A stretch of DNA of 51,277 nt, counting the filler, from Porpidia crustulata (Eukaryota): the NCBI GenBank assembly GCA_964255105.1. It is 3 parts of 3 records of this genome, joined end to end, with 100 filler letters (N's around TTAATTAATTAA, not from the genome) between each part and the next. Parts side by side here need not be neighbours in the genome. Positions count along the whole stretch, not along the records: positions 34,270 to 51,277 come from CAXUWE010000236.1; 2 more parts are not named here. One strand, 5' to 3'. The notes beneath the pieces are model-generated. The model worked only from the letters and a program-made list of their open reading frames with translations. It did not search any database and was not told where the DNA came from. Within the stretch, counting starts at the first letter, position 1. Each line of letters begins with the position of its first letter. Both the position numbers and the translations under genes were made by a program. Positions 49,701 through 51,277 of this stretch are shown here, one piece after another.

Positions 49701-50871
49701 TACCAAAGCTCTCCAGACTCTTGCTAACCTCACCTCGTTCGGCAGCAAGGAACCATGGATGGAGCCTATGAATGCTTTCCTGGGCGCTCATCGCCAAGAG
49801 TTCCGAGATTTCGTTGACACAATATGCGCCATTAGTCCTAATCATGCAACTTCAGTGATACCGCCTTCATACGCTACGCCCATTACTATTCTACATCGGC
49901 TTCCTCCAACCAGCCGGGAAGGATTTCTAAGTCTTCCCTACCTAGTTGATCAGGCTAGGGAATGTGCAGCTCTAGTCAATACTTGGTTAGACGGCATTCA
50001 CGAGGCAGACGATATCAAGCCCATGTACGAAGAGCTTACCAAATTTGACTTGCTATGCCAAGGACTACGACAGAAGACAAAGGACTGTCTGAACCGCGCC
50101 GAACAGGCAGAACGACCCAATGGGGCATTGACACCAAAATGGGAGGAATTAGTCGAACAACTGGGACGGAAAGCTAGAATAAGAAACAGGACCGGCCGTA
50201 GTTCGTCCGGTACACCAACAGTCGAAGGCAGTGTGACATCAGAGAATGCCAGTACAGCAAGCCTCGACACAGGATACTTCCACCAGGACGCCGTACCTCA
50301 GAGCTCTTATAGGTACGCCATATCGGCACCGTCGACTGCAGGATCTGGGGTGGCGGAGGACACAAGATCTCGAACCGGAGATCCCAATGAATCTCCCGCA
50401 GAACACTCAGATACCCCTCCAGGCTCTTCGTCTGCAGCATGGGACCCCAGCGCCCGGCAGACAGAAGAGGAAACATCCACAACACCGGAACCGGACGACC
50501 TACTCGATCAAGATGCCGTAGGCTCAAGCATGTATAGTCTCGATGCGCTTCACAGACACACCAACTCCGCGGGCACTCCACCCCGTGCTCCGCGCCATCA
50601 TAGGCCATCACCCGGCGGCAAGGGTGTGTACAGCATCTCGGGTCAGCACGTCGAGGTCGTCGCGGCGACGCCCAAAAGGAGTCCGGAGGCGACTAGAGAT
50701 CAGCCGACGCCCGGGAAGAGCTTGTATCGGCTGCAGACGAGTTCGGAAAGAAAAGTCGATCCTGCGCCGCGCAGCCCGACCGGTAGGGACGGGTCCGGTT
50801 CGAAGCTGAGGTTCGGCGACCTCGGAGGCGTCTTTCGGAAAAAGGGGAGGGAGCGGGACGATCGGAGTTGA
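46718..50871 (+). CDS. BUD2: Ras GTPase-activating protein, Bud2/Cla2-like (PH-like + C2 + RasGAP)
   Basis: C2 region YAEVRLDGEVRAKT...NPFWREEF; arginine finger LLFRGNSLLTK; GAP signature FLFLRFFCPAVLNP. Intron 49599-49660, then RTLTLITKALQTLAN. Confidence 0.9.
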
Positions 50872-51277
50872 CTAGCGGTGAAGCCGCCGGACGCGGCGCA
50901 GAGCGATGAGCCGAGGATTCTGGCGCGGAAGGTCAGGAGGACCGAGCACGACGAAATGAGGACGTGCCTGGGTCGTTTGGAGGTAGAGAAAGCGACGGGT
51001 AAGATGAGGGCGACGGTGGGAGTCGATGAGACGTCGCCTTCCGACGTCGATTGAGGCGGGCAAAAGGGACGCCGTTGATCCCCTGTCTTGTCGGGTATGA
51101 TTGATATAGCGGTGGGGGACAAGGTTTTCATCACCGCGAAGAAGAGATTTGTAGACGGGGATTGTACGATGACGAGCACGAGCATGATTACCACGACTAT
51201 TTGCTATTCCATCTGCAGCTTTTAGCGGGCCCTTTGTGATTTCTCTTTCTTTTTTGTTTTTCTTGGGCGGGTAAATG

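Noticed and set aside
1..51277. CRISPR arrays, rRNA, tRNA, transposase or Starship captain genes
   Set aside because: No repeat-spacer array, RNA gene signature, DDE transposase or tyrosine recombinase ORF was recognisable by eye.

Overview
Eukaryotic DNA from a filamentous ascomycete (Pezizomycotina), judged from short spliceosomal introns with GTRNGY/CTRAC/YAG signals and from the gene families present. It is a draft scaffold with two artificial contig linkers (44N-TTAATTAATTAA-44N at 17044-17143 and 34170-34269), so adjacency across them is not guaranteed. The left part (1-17 kb) has two Pth11-like membrane proteins, an MBOAT-type acyltransferase, an MFS transporter, an SDR, a secreted PLC-like phosphodiesterase and a Zn polyol dehydrogenase. 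The middle part (17-34 kb) has an NCS1 permease, an accessory and partly decaying island (PhyH dioxygenase, frameshifted APH-like phosphotransferase, alpha/beta hydrolase, kinase with an in-frame stop) and a SulP sulfate permease. The right part (37-51 kb) holds core genes: NOT3, DTD1, CPR6, MRPL20, a conserved hypothetical and a BUD2-like RasGAP. The two most notable signals are (1) four related ~243-309 bp MITEs clustered within 5 kb, with CAC...GTG termini and apparent 5-bp TSDs (a Transib-like signature), and (2) a RasGAP stop in the TGA-CTAG readthrough context followed by a 60-codon in-frame open extension. Also seen: two GC-AG introns, an alternative in-frame donor in DTD1 and a 10-nt microexon.
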